Positions 15,029 through 25,295 of a stretch of 64,000 nt of DNA are shown here, piece after piece. The notes beneath the pieces are model-generated. The model saw nothing but the letters and a program-made list of their open reading frames with translations. It made no database searches and had not been told where the DNA came from. Within the stretch, counting starts at the first letter, position 1. Each line of letters opens with the position of its first letter. The DNA comes from an uncultured Erysipelotrichaceae bacterium (GTDB lineage: Bacteria; Bacillota_I; Bacilli_A; Erysipelotrichales; Erysipelotrichaceae). The stretch lies in assembly GCA_934725085.1 (NCBI GenBank), contig CAKVAL010000003.1:22894-86893 (forward strand), in the 5' to 3' direction. The translations under genes were made by a program, and so were the position numbers.

Positions 15029-15745
15029 ATGGAAAATAGAAATAAATTAATTTCGCTAGCAATCAAGTATGCTGGCAACTATGACTTAATTAGAAAAGCT
15101 ATCATTAGAAATGAGGATGTTGAGGAAAGATTCTGTCCTAATGCGATAACTATTTTTGATGATGCTTATCCTATTGAATTATTTGATCTTAACAAAAGTC
15201 CTTTCGTTCTTTTTTATAGAGGAGACATTAGCTTATTAAAAAGAGATAAAATAAGTATTGTAGGCTCTAGAAGGCCTTGTGATTATGCCTTATTTGCCAC
15301 TGAAAAGTATGTTCAAAAAGTAAGGAATGAAAAGGTAATTGTCTCAGGTTTGGCTAAGGGAATTGATGCTTGCGCTCATAAAAATGCTAAGATGACAATT
15401 GGTGTTTTGGGTTGTGGTATTGATTATATTTATCCTGCTGAAAACAAGAGTTTGTATAAACGAATGGAACAAGAGGGTTTACTTATTAGTGAATATCCTT
15501 ATAAGATAATACCTAATGCCTATCATTTCCCTTTTAGAAACAGAATAATTGCAGCTTTGGGTGAAGAAGTGCTTATTATGGAAGCTAAGAATAAATCAGG
15601 TACTCTAACAACCGTAAATGAGGCTTTAGCCCTAGGGAGAACTATTAGGGTGCTTCCTTTTGAGGTGTTTAATGAGAATGGAAATTTTAATAATCAATTA
15701 ATTCAAGAGGGTGCTGAAATTCTTAAATATGAAGATATAAATTGA
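15029..15745 (+). CDS. dprA: DNA processing protein DprA/Smf (short form)
   Basis: Rossmann-like DprA core (SGLAKGIDACAH, GTLTTVNEAL). Conserved position upstream of topA. Confidence 0.85.
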   Translation: MENRNKLISLAIKYAGNYDLIRKAIIRNEDVEERFCPNAITIFDDAYPIELFDLNKSPFVLFYRGDISLLKRDKISIVGSRRPCDYALFATEKYVQKVRNEKVIVSGLAKGIDACAHKNAKMTIGVLGCGIDYIYPAENKSLYKRMEQEGLLISEYPYKIIPNAYHFPFRNRIIAALGEEVLIMEAKNKSGTLTTVNEALALGRTIRVLPFEVFNENGNFNNQLIQEGAEILKYEDIN

Positions 15746-15794
15746 CAAATAATAATTGAATGTGTAATTTATTGAAATAGAGAGCGTAAAAGAT

Positions 15795-17915
15795 ATGAAA
15801 AATTTAGTAATTGTAGAGTCTCCTTCTAAATCAAAGACAATTGAAAAATATTTAGGAAAGGACTATAAGGTCGTTTCTAGTAAGGGTCACATTCGTGATT
15901 TGGCTACTACTGGTAAAGAAGGGCTAGGAGTAGATGTTGAAAATGATTTTAAACCAACTTATGTGGTTTCTAAGGATAAAAAGGATACTGTAAAAGAATT
16001 GAAGTCTTTAGTTTCAAAGGCTGAAAAAGTATATCTAGCAACCGACCCGGATAGAGAAGGAGAGGCTATTTCTTGGCATTTAGCTCAAGAGTTAGGATTA
16101 GATGTTGATGATACAAATAGAGTGGTTTTTAATGAAATTACTAAGAATACTATTTTAAATTCAATGGAAAATCCTCGTACTATTGATATGAATCTTGTTA
16201 GATCACAAGAAACAAGAAGAATACTTGACCGTATTATCGGTTTTAAGTTGTCTAAGTTGCTTCAAAAGAAGATTAAGTCTAAGTCAGCAGGTAGAGTACA
16301 ATCTATTGCGCTTAGAATGATTTGTGATCGTGAGAAAGAAATTGCGGCTTTTGTGCCTGAAGAATATTGGACTATCAAGGCTTTATTAAATAAGGATAAG
16401 GATGAATTCAACACTACTTTGGCTAAGATTAAGGGCAAGAAGGCTGAAATTAAGAATGAAGAAGAGGCTAATAAGATTGTAGCTGATTTAAAAGAGCCTT
16501 TTGTGGTAAGTAGTGTAGTTGAAAAGAAGAAGAAAAGAGCTCCTTATCTTCCTTTTATCACTTCAACTCTTCAACAAGAAGCTTCTAGTAAATTAGATTT
16601 TAGCGCTAAGAAGACGATGATGTTAGCTCAGAATCTATATGAAGGTATTGATTTAAAAAATGAGACTGTAGGCCTTATTACTTATATGCGTACCGACTCT
16701 ACACGTTTGTCTAACGAGTTTGTTAGTGCTGCCTATAGTTTTATTGAAAATGAATATGGTAAAGAATATAAGGGATTTTATCGTGTAAAGAATGATGAAT
16801 CAAGTCAGGATGCACACGAGGCTATTAGACCAACATCACTTGATCATACACCAGAGAGTGTTAAGCCTTATTTAACAAATGACCAATATAAGTTATATAA
16901 GTTTATTTATATTAGAGCCCTAGCTTCTTTAATGAAGGATGCATCATTTAATTCAGTAACTTACAACATTGAAAGCGGTGATTATTTGTTTACAATCAGT
17001 GGTTCTAAGCTAGATTTTGATGGTTTCTTGAAGATTTATAAGGATTATGATTCTAGCAAGGATGTTATTTTAAAGCCTTTAAAAGAAGGGGATGTTCTTG
17101 AATTAAAGGATACTGTTAAGGAACAACATTTTACTGAAGGACCAAGTCGTTATACTGAAGCTAAATTGATTAAAGCACTAGAAGAAGAGGGGGTTGGTCG
17201 TCCTAGTACTTATGCGACTATCATTGAGACTATTGTTAAGCGTAACTATGTTGAACTTAAGAAAGAGTCTGATAAGTCTAAGACTAAATATTTCTATCCT
17301 ACAGAGCAGGGTACTTTAACTGATGAGAAGCTTAAGGAATTCTTTAAGCCAGTTATCAATGTTAAATATACTGCTAATATGGAAGATGGCTTGGATAAGA
17401 TTGCTGAGAATAAGGAGAATAATCTTGAGTATTTAAGAAAGTTCTATGATGAGTTCCAACCTCTTGTAGATAATGCCTATGAGAAGATGGAAAAGAAAGA
17501 GGATGAAAAGACTGGTGAGAAGTGTCCAGTGTGTGGTAGTGACTTAGTTTATAAGGAAGGCCGCTATGGTAAGTTTGTAGCTTGTTCTAATTATCCAACT
17601 TGTAAGTATGTTGAAACAGAGAGTGTGGGAAGGGATTGCCCTGATTGTGGCGCTCCTTTGATTTATAGAACTGGAAGATATGGCAAGTTTATTTCGTGTT
17701 CTAAGTATCCTGAGTGTAAGCATATCGAAAAGATTGAGAAGGAAAAGCCAGAGGAAGTAGGAAGAGATTGTCCTGAGTGTGGTAAACCATTATTAAAGCG
17801 TAAGTCAAGATATGGAACTTATTTTATTGGTTGTTCTGCTTATCCAAAGTGTAAATATATCGAGAATATCGAGGGTGAAAAAAAGCCAAGAGCTACAAGA
17901 AGTAAGAAAAAATGA
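15795..17915 (+). CDS. topA: DNA topoisomerase I
   Basis: TOPRIM N-terminus (LVIVESPSKSKTIEKYLG) and three C-terminal C4 zinc ribbons (CPxCG...GRYGKF..CS.YP.CK). Confidence 0.97.
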   Translation: MKNLVIVESPSKSKTIEKYLGKDYKVVSSKGHIRDLATTGKEGLGVDVENDFKPTYVVSKDKKDTVKELKSLVSKAEKVYLATDPDREGEAISWHLAQELGLDVDDTNRVVFNEITKNTILNSMENPRTIDMNLVRSQETRRILDRIIGFKLSKLLQKKIKSKSAGRVQSIALRMICDREKEIAAFVPEEYWTIKALLNKDKDEFNTTLAKIKGKKAEIKNEEEANKIVADLKEPFVVSSVVEKKKKRAPYLPFITSTLQQEASSKLDFSAKKTMMLAQNLYEGIDLKNETVGLITYMRTDSTRLSNEFVSAAYSFIENEYGKEYKGFYRVKNDESSQDAHEAIRPTSLDHTPESVKPYLTNDQYKLYKFIYIRALASLMKDASFNSVTYNIESGDYLFTISGSKLDFDGFLKIYKDYDSSKDVILKPLKEGDVLELKDTVKEQHFTEGPSRYTEAKLIKALEEEGVGRPSTYATIIETIVKRNYVELKKESDKSKTKYFYPTEQGTLTDEKLKEFFKPVINVKYTANMEDGLDKIAENKENNLEYLRKFYDEFQPLVDNAYEKMEKKEDEKTGEKCPVCGSDLVYKEGRYGKFVACSNYPTCKYVETESVGRDCPDCGAPLIYRTGRYGKFISCSKYPECKHIEKIEKEKPEEVGRDCPECGKPLLKRKSRYGTYFIGCSAYPKCKYIENIEGEKKPRATRSKKK

Positions 17916-19213
17916 GAGAAGTGATTGTTGTTGGAGCGGGTTTAGCTGGTTGTGAGGCTGCTTATAAGTTAGCTAAGCTTGGTGTGAAAGTTAGACTATA
18001 TGAACAAAAGCCTGTTAAAAAGCACGAGGCTTTTAAGACTGATTTATATAGTGAACTTATTTGTTCTAATTCTTTAAGAAGTGATGATTTATATAATGCG
18101 GTAGGTCTTTTAAAAGAAGAAATGCGTACTCTAGATTCTTTAATCATGGAAGCTGCCGATAAGAATAGAGTTGAGGCTGGTAAGTCTTTAGCGGTGGATA
18201 GAGAAGGTTTCTCTAGGTATATTACTGAAAGAATTGATAATGAGCCTAATATTGAAGTGATTCATGAAGAATTTACTCATATTGATGAAAATATTCCAAC
18301 TATCATTGCGGCAGGTCCTTTGTGTCAGGGCGCTTTATCTGATGAGATTAAAAGACTTGCTGGTAAGAGTTACTTATATTTTTATGATGCGGTTTCACCA
18401 ATTGTAGAAAAGGATTCTATTGATTTTTCAAACGCCTATTATAAGTCAAGATATGATGAAGAGGGTGAAGGCGATTATATCAATTGTCCTTTGACTCGTG
18501 AAGAGTTTGAAATTTTCCATAGAGAAGTAGTAAACGCTAAAAAGATTGATGTTCATGATATTGATTCTGAGATCTATTTTGAAGGCTGTATGCCATTTGA
18601 AGAGATGGCTAGAAGAGGATATAAGACTTTATTATTTGGTCCTATGAAACCAGTAGGTTTGGAACATGATGGTGTTAAGCCTTATGCAGTAGTACAGCTT
18701 AGAAAAGATAATGCGATTGATACTTTATATAATATCGTAGGTTTTCAAACGCATTTAACTTTTGGTGAGCAATTAAGAGTTTTAAAATTAATTCCAGCTT
18801 TAAAGAATGTATCGATTGTAAGATATGGTGTAATGCATAGAAACACTTATATTAATTCACCTAAGGTAATTAATAATCATTATCAATTTATTGAGTATCC
18901 TAATGTTTTTGTGGCTGGTCAAATCAGTGGCGTTGAAGGTTATATCGAATCAGCGGCCAGTGGTTTGTATGCAGCTTTAAATATGTATAACTATTTAAAT
19001 GGATTAAATGGTCCATATTTAGGTCAAGATACAATGATGGGTGCAATGGCTTCTTATATCAGTGATTCTTTGATTGATAAGTTAGTGCCTATGAATGCGA
19101 ACTTTGGCATTTTTAAGTGTGATTTTAAGGGAAATAAGAAGGATAAGAAGGCTTATTTCGTGGATCATGCGTTAAGTGAAATTAGAAAATATAAGGAAGA
19201 ATTTTTTAAATAG
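17912..19213 (+). CDS. trmFO: methylenetetrahydrofolate--tRNA-(uracil54-C5)-methyltransferase
   Basis: VIVVGAGLAGCEAA FAD-binding motif. Synteny after topA. Confidence 0.93.
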   Translation: MREVIVVGAGLAGCEAAYKLAKLGVKVRLYEQKPVKKHEAFKTDLYSELICSNSLRSDDLYNAVGLLKEEMRTLDSLIMEAADKNRVEAGKSLAVDREGFSRYITERIDNEPNIEVIHEEFTHIDENIPTIIAAGPLCQGALSDEIKRLAGKSYLYFYDAVSPIVEKDSIDFSNAYYKSRYDEEGEGDYINCPLTREEFEIFHREVVNAKKIDVHDIDSEIYFEGCMPFEEMARRGYKTLLFGPMKPVGLEHDGVKPYAVVQLRKDNAIDTLYNIVGFQTHLTFGEQLRVLKLIPALKNVSIVRYGVMHRNTYINSPKVINNHYQFIEYPNVFVAGQISGVEGYIESAASGLYAALNMYNYLNGLNGPYLGQDTMMGAMASYISDSLIDKLVPMNANFGIFKCDFKGNKKDKKAYFVDHALSEIRKYKEEFFK

Positions 19214-19239
19214 GTTGTTAATAAAATATTAATCTGCAG

Positions 19240-19275
19240 TATAATTTATATAGTTGTTAGTGAATATACTAACAA
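19240..19275 (+). promoter_or_regulatory. promoter -10 box plus 22-bp palindrome upstream of the second Fe-ADH
   Basis: TATAAT at 19240-19245. TTGTTAGT-gaatat-ACTAACAA at 19254-19275 lies about +1 to +24 relative to the predicted start. Confidence 0.4.
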
Positions 19276-19296
19276 GGTAATTATGGAGGAAATTTT

Positions 19297-20514
19297 ATGA
19301 CACGTTTTACATTACCTAGAGACATTTATCATGGCAAGGGCTCTCTTGAATCTTTGAAGACTTTCGAAGGTAAGAAAGCAATGATCTGCGTTGGTGGTGG
19401 ATCAATGAAGAGATTCGGTTTCTTAGACAGAGCTATTGGCTACTTAAAAGAAGCTGGAATGGAAGTTGAAGTATTCGATGGTATCGAATCAGACCCATCT
19501 GTAGAAACTGTTATGCGTGGTGCTGATGCTATGCTTAAATTCGAACCTGACTGGATCGTTGCGATTGGTGGTGGTTCTCCAATTGATGCTGCTAAGGCTA
19601 TGTGGATTAAATATGAATATCCTGAAACAACTTTCGAGGATATGTGTAAGGTATTTGGCTTACCTAAGTTAAGAACAAAGGCTCATTTCTGTGCTGTTTC
19701 TTCTACTTCTGGTACTGCTACTGAAGTTACTGCTTTCTCAATTATCACTGATTATCAAAAGGGTGTTAAGTTCCCAATTGCTGACTTTGAAATTACACCA
19801 GATGTAGCAATCGTTGACCCAGAACTTGCTGAAACAATGCCTAAGAAGTTAGTTGCTCATACAGGTATGGATGCTCTAACTCATGCTGTTGAAGCTTATG
19901 TATCAACTGCAAACTGTGACTATACTGATCCTCTTGCTATTCATGCAATCGAAATGATTCAAAAGGATTTAGTACCTTCTTATAATGAAGATATGAAGGC
20001 TAGAGATGATATGCATAATGCTCAATGTTTAGCTGGTATGGCTTTCTCTAATGCATTATTAGGTATCGTTCACTCTATGGCTCATAAGACTGGTGCTGCT
20101 TTCGCTGACTATGGTGCTCATATTATCCATGGTGCTGCTAATGCTATGTATCTTCCTAAGGTTATCGCTTTCAATGCTAAGGATGAAACAGCTAAGAAGA
20201 GATATGGTGTAATCGCTGATTACATGCACTTAGGTGGCAACAATGATGATGAAAAGGTTAAGTTATTAATTGACTTCTGCCGTGGTATGAATGATCAATT
20301 AAATATCCCTCATTGCATTAAGAACTATGGTCCTGATTCTTATCCAACTGAGCAAGGTTTCGTTCCTGAAGAAGTATTCTTAGAGAGACTTCCTGAAATC
20401 GCTAGATTAGCTATCGGTGATGCATGTACTGGTTCTAATCCAAGAATTCCTACTCAAGAAGAGATGGAAAAACTATTGAAGTGCTGCTACTACGATACTG
20501 AAGTAGACTTCTAA
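19297..20514 (+). CDS. iron-containing alcohol dehydrogenase (group III)
   Basis: GGGSPIDAAK and HxxxH metal motifs (HSMAHKTG). GGAGG RBS. Confidence 0.88.
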   Translation: MTRFTLPRDIYHGKGSLESLKTFEGKKAMICVGGGSMKRFGFLDRAIGYLKEAGMEVEVFDGIESDPSVETVMRGADAMLKFEPDWIVAIGGGSPIDAAKAMWIKYEYPETTFEDMCKVFGLPKLRTKAHFCAVSSTSGTATEVTAFSIITDYQKGVKFPIADFEITPDVAIVDPELAETMPKKLVAHTGMDALTHAVEAYVSTANCDYTDPLAIHAIEMIQKDLVPSYNEDMKARDDMHNAQCLAGMAFSNALLGIVHSMAHKTGAAFADYGAHIIHGAANAMYLPKVIAFNAKDETAKKRYGVIADYMHLGGNNDDEKVKLLIDFCRGMNDQLNIPHCIKNYGPDSYPTEQGFVPEEVFLERLPEIARLAIGDACTGSNPRIPTQEEMEKLLKCCYYDTEVDF

Positions 20515-20526
20515 TAACTCTAAAAT

Positions 20527-20568
20527 AAAGCGTTTGTCTTGAATTTCGTTCAAAATGAACGCTTTTTT
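20527..20568 (+). terminator. intrinsic terminator after adh
   Basis: AAAGCGTT...AACGCTTT outer stem with an inner TTGAA/TTCAA helix, followed by TTTTTT. Confidence 0.7.
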
Positions 20569-20571
20569 ATA

Positions 20572-20600
20572 TTGAACTTAAAAAACTTGTCATATATAAT
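20572..20600 (+). promoter_or_regulatory. rpsB-tsf promoter
   Basis: TTGAAC (20572-20577), a 17-bp spacer, then TATAAT (20595-20600). It predicts a leader of about 100 nt. Confidence 0.6.
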
Positions 20601-20710
20601 AAATAGGCATTTGTATGCAATACACACACAGTGGATTCATTACTCCGTGGCGAAAGCTTAGTGATGATCGAAACTGTGGAGGAGAAACGGAAAGAGAGGA
20701 AATATTTAAA

Positions 20711-21661
20711 ATGTCACAATTAGTTTCAATGCGTAAACTTCTAGAAAACGGTGTTCATTTAGGTCACCAAACTAGAAGATGGGATCCAAAGTGTAAGCCA
20801 TTCATCTACACTGCAAAGAATGGTATTTACATTATCAATCTAGAAAAGACTCAAGATGGTCTTGATGTAGCTTATGCTAAATTAAAGGAAATCGCTGAAA
20901 ATGGCGGTAAGGTACTATTCGTTGGTACTAAGAAGCAAGCTCAACAAATCGTTCTTGATGAAGCTACAAGAAGTGGAAGCTTCTACATCAATCAAAGATG
21001 GTTAGGTGGTACATTAACAAACTTCAGAACTATTCAAAAGAGAATCAAGAGACTTCTAGAAATCAATGAAATGGAAGCATCTGGTACTATTAATGTTTAT
21101 ACTAAGAAGGAAGTTGCTTTAATTCGTAAGGAAGCATCTAGACTTGAAAACTTCTTAGGCGGTATCAAGGATATGAAGAAACTTCCTGATGCATTAGTTG
21201 TTATCGATCCAATGGAAGATCACAATGCTGTTTTAGAAGCTAAGAAGTTAGGTATCCCTGTATTTGGTTTAGCTGATACAAACTGCAATCCTGCATTTGT
21301 TGATTATGCTATTCCTGCTAACGATGATGCTGTTAAGGCTATCAAGTTAATGACTTCTTTATTAGCTGATGCTATCGTTGAAGCAAAGGGCGGTATCTTA
21401 CAAGATGCTTATCAAGAAGATGAAGCTGAAAAGGATGTAACTATGGAAGATGTTATCATCAACGTAGAAAAGCATGCTGAAGAGCTTGAAAAGAGAAGAA
21501 AAGCAAGAAACGAAGAAAAGATGCGTCAACAAGGACAAAACAGAGGTCGTTTCAATAGAAACTCTGAAAGAAGATATATTGGCAAGAAGGACGCTGAAAA
21601 CAGCGAAGCTCCTGCTACAGAAGAAAAGAAGGAAACAACAGAAGCTAAGGAGGCTGAATAA
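20711..21661 (+). CDS. rpsB: 30S ribosomal protein S2 (with long acidic/basic C-terminal tail)
   Basis: [27 protein letters not shown] is the canonical S2 start. AGAGAGGA RBS. The track start at 20615 lies in the leader. Confidence 0.95.
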   Translation: MSQLVSMRKLLENGVHLGHQTRRWDPKCKPFIYTAKNGIYIINLEKTQDGLDVAYAKLKEIAENGGKVLFVGTKKQAQQIVLDEATRSGSFYINQRWLGGTLTNFRTIQKRIKRLLEINEMEASGTINVYTKKEVALIRKEASRLENFLGGIKDMKKLPDALVVIDPMEDHNAVLEAKKLGIPVFGLADTNCNPAFVDYAIPANDDAVKAIKLMTSLLADAIVEAKGGILQDAYQEDEAEKDVTMEDVIINVEKHAEELEKRRKARNEEKMRQQGQNRGRFNRNSERRYIGKKDAENSEAPATEEKKETTEAKEAE

Positions 21662-21662
21662 T

Positions 21663-22547
21663 ATGGCTATTACTGCTGCTCAAGTTAAGGAATTAAGAGA
21701 AAAGACTAGTGCTGGTATGCTTGATTGCAAGAATGCATTAAATGCTACTGATGGCGATATGGAAAAGGCTATTGACTGGTTAAGAGAAAAGGGTATCGCT
21801 AAGTCAGTTAAGAAGGCATCAAGAATTGCTGCTGAAGGTCTTTCTAAAGTATTAGTTGAAGGTAACAAGGGTTGTCTTATTGAAGTTAACTCAGAGACAG
21901 ACTTCGTTGCTAAGAATGAACAATTCTTAAAGCTTGTTGATACTGCTTGTAAGACAATTCTTGCTAGCAATGCTACAACAAATGAAGAAGCTTTAGCATT
22001 ACTAGTAGATGGTAAGACATTAAATGATTTATTCATTGATGCTACTGCTACAATTGGTGAAAAGATTGTTTTGAGAAGATTCGCTTTAGTTGAAAAGAGC
22101 GATAGCGAAATCTTTGGTTCATACATCCATATGGGTGGCAAGATTTCATGTCTTGTAGTATTAGAAGGTGGCGATGAAGCTTTAGCTAAGGATATGGCTA
22201 TGCAAATTGCTTCTATGTCTCCAGCTTATGTTTCAAGTGCTGATATGCCTCAAGACGTAGTTGAACATGAAAGAGCTGTTCAAACTGAAATCGTTAAGAA
22301 CGATCCAACTTTTGCTGGTAAGCCAGAAAGAGTTATTGAAGGCGCTATTAACGGTAAGGTTTCTAAGTCTTTAAAGGAAATGTGTTTAGTTGACCAAGAA
22401 TTCTTCAAGGATCCAGGTCAAAAGGTTGCTGCTGTATTAAAGAGCGCAAATGCTTCTGTAAAGAGTTTTGTTAAGTATCTTGTTGGTGAAGGTCTAGAGA
22501 AACGTGAAGAGAACTTCGCTGAAGAAGTTGCTAAGCAAATGGCTTAA
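21663..22547 (+). CDS. tsf: elongation factor Ts
   Basis: MAITAAQVKELREKTSAGMLDCKNAL is the canonical EF-Ts start. The track start at 21474 overlaps rpsB. Confidence 0.95.
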   Translation: MAITAAQVKELREKTSAGMLDCKNALNATDGDMEKAIDWLREKGIAKSVKKASRIAAEGLSKVLVEGNKGCLIEVNSETDFVAKNEQFLKLVDTACKTILASNATTNEEALALLVDGKTLNDLFIDATATIGEKIVLRRFALVEKSDSEIFGSYIHMGGKISCLVVLEGGDEALAKDMAMQIASMSPAYVSSADMPQDVVEHERAVQTEIVKNDPTFAGKPERVIEGAINGKVSKSLKEMCLVDQEFFKDPGQKVAAVLKSANASVKSFVKYLVGEGLEKREENFAEEVAKQMA

Positions 22548-22558
22548 AAATTAATTTC

Positions 22559-22586
22559 AAGGACCTTTAATGGTCCTTTTATTTTT
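22559..22586 (+). terminator. hairpin plus T-run between tsf and pyrH
   Basis: AAGGACC-tttaat-GGTCCTT followed by TTATTTTT. Confidence 0.6.
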
Positions 22587-22596
22587 GGAGGATAAC

Positions 22597-23286
22597 ATGT
22601 ATAAAAGAATTTTATTAAAACTTTCTGGCGAGGCTTTAGGCAATCCTTTTGATACAAAGGTGCTTGAAAACATTGCTGAACAAATCAAACAATTGGTTAA
22701 TGATGGCATTGAAGTAGGTATTGTTGTTGGTGGCGGTAATATCTGTCGTGGTCGTACTTTTGAAAAGCTAGGTCTAGATAGAAGAAATGCAGACTATATT
22801 GGTATGGAAGCTACTGTTATTAATGCTCAAATGATTGAGGCTTCTTTAACTAAGATTGGTGTAGATGCTAAGGCTTTGTCTACAATTGATGTTCAAAGAG
22901 TTGAAAAATATGACGCTGAAAAAGCTAATATCATGTTAGATAATAAGACTGTTTGTGTATTTGGCGGTGGTACAGGAGAACCTTTCTTCTCTACTGATAC
23001 AGCTAGTGCTTTAAGAGCTCAAGATATTCATGCTGAAGTTGTTTTGATGGCAAAGAACGGTGTTGATGGCGTCTATACAGCTGATCCAAATATTGATCCT
23101 AGCGCAACTAGATATGATGAGTTAAGCTTTAATGATATAATTGAGAAAGAATTAGCAGTTATTGATTTAGAGGCTGCTAAAATCTGTAAAGAGAATAAGA
23201 TCCATGCGTTTATCTTCGATATGGCACCTGAAAACAATATTGTGAAGGCTGCTAAGGGAGAAACAGTGGGTACAATCATTAAGTAA
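22597..23286 (+). CDS. pyrH: UMP kinase
   Basis: MYKRILLKLSGEAL start and GGGNICRG. GGAGG RBS. Confidence 0.95.
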   Translation: MYKRILLKLSGEALGNPFDTKVLENIAEQIKQLVNDGIEVGIVVGGGNICRGRTFEKLGLDRRNADYIGMEATVINAQMIEASLTKIGVDAKALSTIDVQRVEKYDAEKANIMLDNKTVCVFGGGTGEPFFSTDTASALRAQDIHAEVVLMAKNGVDGVYTADPNIDPSATRYDELSFNDIIEKELAVIDLEAAKICKENKIHAFIFDMAPENNIVKAAKGETVGTIIK

Positions 23287-23295
23287 GGAGAATTT

Positions 23296-23835
23296 ATGGA
23301 AATTAAACATGTTGAAGAAAAGATGAATAAGGCTATCGCAGCTTTAGAAAACAATCTAACTAAGGTTAGAACTGGTAGAGCTAATCCAAATTTATTGGAT
23401 CATGTTGAAGTAAACTATTATGGTTGCCCAACTCCAATTAATCAAATTGCTTCTATTAGTGTTCAAGAAGGTAAGACTTTAGTTATTAAGCCTTATGATG
23501 CTAGTAGCTTAAAGGATATTGAAAAGGCAATTAATGCTTCTGATATTGGTTTACCACCTCTAAATGATGGTACAGTTGTTAGAATTACTATGCCTGTTTT
23601 AACTGAGGAAACAAGAAAAGGTTTCTGTAAGGATATTGCTAAGTATGGTGAGGAGACTAAGGTCGCTATTAGAAATATCAGAAGAGATGCTAATGATGAA
23701 ATAAAGAAGGACAAGACTCTTCCTGAAGATACTGCTAAGGATTTACAAGACCAAGTTCAAAAGTTAACTGATAAGTTTGTAGAAAAGACTGATGCGGTTG
23801 CTAAGGCTAAAGAAAAAGAAGTAATGACAATCTAG
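23296..23835 (+). CDS. frr: ribosome recycling factor
   Basis: Canonical RRF sequence (RTGRANPNLLD). Confidence 0.95.
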   Translation: MEIKHVEEKMNKAIAALENNLTKVRTGRANPNLLDHVEVNYYGCPTPINQIASISVQEGKTLVIKPYDASSLKDIEKAINASDIGLPPLNDGTVVRITMPVLTEETRKGFCKDIAKYGEETKVAIRNIRRDANDEIKKDKTLPEDTAKDLQDQVQKLTDKFVEKTDAVAKAKEKEVMTI

Positions 23836-23836
23836 T

Positions 23837-24547
23837 ATGAATACTTTAAATCATATCGCGATTATTATGGATGGTAATGGTAGATGGGCAAAACAAAGAA
23901 ATCTACCAAGAACCATGGGTCATAAGAGGGGTATTGAAAAAGTTCGTGAGATTGCAATTTATGCTAATAAGTTAGGCATTAAGTGCTTAACTCTTTATGC
24001 TTTTTCTACAGAAAATTGGAAAAGACCAGAGAATGAAGTGAATTATTTGATGTCTTTGCCTAAGGTTTTCTTTAATTCTTATTTAAAGGAAATCATGGAA
24101 AATAACATTAAGATTGAAATGATTGGTGAGATGGATAGAATTCCAGGTGAAGCTAAGTCAATCTTTGAAAGTGCTATTGAAAAGACTAAGAATAATACAG
24201 GCATGGTATTAAATTTTGCCCTTAATTATGGCGGTCAAAGCGAGATAGTTAGAGCTTGTAAATTATATGCTCAAGATTTTAAGAATGGTCTTGTTGATGA
24301 TGTAGATGAAGAGTCTTTTACTAATTATCTATATACTAAGGATTTGCCTGAAGTTGATTTGATGATTCGTACAAGTAATGAACAAAGAATTTCTAATTTC
24401 CTTTTATATCAGTTAGCTTATAGTGAGTTTATTTTTACTGATACACTATGGCCTGATTTTACATGTGATGATTTAGATAGATGTATTGATGAATTTAATC
24501 ATCGTACTAGACGTTTTGGTGGTGTAAATGAAACAAAGAATAATTAG
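23837..24547 (+). CDS. uppS: undecaprenyl diphosphate synthase
   Basis: HIAIIMDGNGRWAK motif. Confidence 0.95.
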   Translation: MNTLNHIAIIMDGNGRWAKQRNLPRTMGHKRGIEKVREIAIYANKLGIKCLTLYAFSTENWKRPENEVNYLMSLPKVFFNSYLKEIMENNIKIEMIGEMDRIPGEAKSIFESAIEKTKNNTGMVLNFALNYGGQSEIVRACKLYAQDFKNGLVDDVDEESFTNYLYTKDLPEVDLMIRTSNEQRISNFLLYQLAYSEFIFTDTLWPDFTCDDLDRCIDEFNHRTRRFGGVNETKNN

Positions 24548-25295
24548 TGCTGCAATCGCTGTTGCGATTTGTATTTATCCATTAATATTTGGTGGCATAA
24601 GCTTAAATATTCTACTGACTTTAATTGGTCTTGTTGGTTTATATGAATATGTTAATTGTATTAAGAAGCCACTTAATTATCTTTTATTAGCTTTTAGTGA
24701 AGTTGTATATCTTATTAACTTATATTTTGGTGCTAAATATTTTATTCCTTCATTTTTAGCTTTGATTATTGCTTTATTTATAGTGGCAATCTATGATGAA
24801 AATATTACTATAAATGAAGTATTCGGTACTGTAGTGATGACTTTTATTGTAAGCTATTGTATCTTACTAGTTATGAATTTATATGCTGGTGGTAATGGTG
24901 ATGTCTTCTTCTATATTTTGATTGCTTCATTATTAACGGATACTGGTGCATATTTTGTAGGTCGTCGTTTTGGTAAACATAAGTTAAACGAGAGAGTATC
25001 TCCTAAGAAGACTATTGAAGGTTCTGTTGGTGGTGCTATAGTTGGCTTTATTTGTTCTATGGTTTTTGCATACTTTAGAGCTTTCTTTGGACTTTCAATC
25101 GGTTTGGTGATTGCTTGTTCGATTTTACTTCCAGTTATTTCTGAATTTGGTGATTTAGCTTTCTCTTTAATTAAGAGACACTATGGAATCAAGGACTTTG
25201 GCAATATCATGCCAGGGCATGGCGGTGTGCTTGACCGTATTGATTCAGTTATTTTCTGTTTAATGTTGTTTGCGATTTTGACTAATATATTATGA
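24528..25295 (+). CDS. cdsA: phosphatidate cytidylyltransferase
   Basis: Polytopic membrane protein with the KRHYGIKDFGNIMPGHGGVLDRIDS signature. Confidence 0.92.
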   Translation: MKQRIISAAIAVAICIYPLIFGGISLNILLTLIGLVGLYEYVNCIKKPLNYLLLAFSEVVYLINLYFGAKYFIPSFLALIIALFIVAIYDENITINEVFGTVVMTFIVSYCILLVMNLYAGGNGDVFFYILIASLLTDTGAYFVGRRFGKHKLNERVSPKKTIEGSVGGAIVGFICSMVFAYFRAFFGLSIGLVIACSILLPVISEFGDLAFSLIKRHYGIKDFGNIMPGHGGVLDRIDSVIFCLMLFAILTNIL

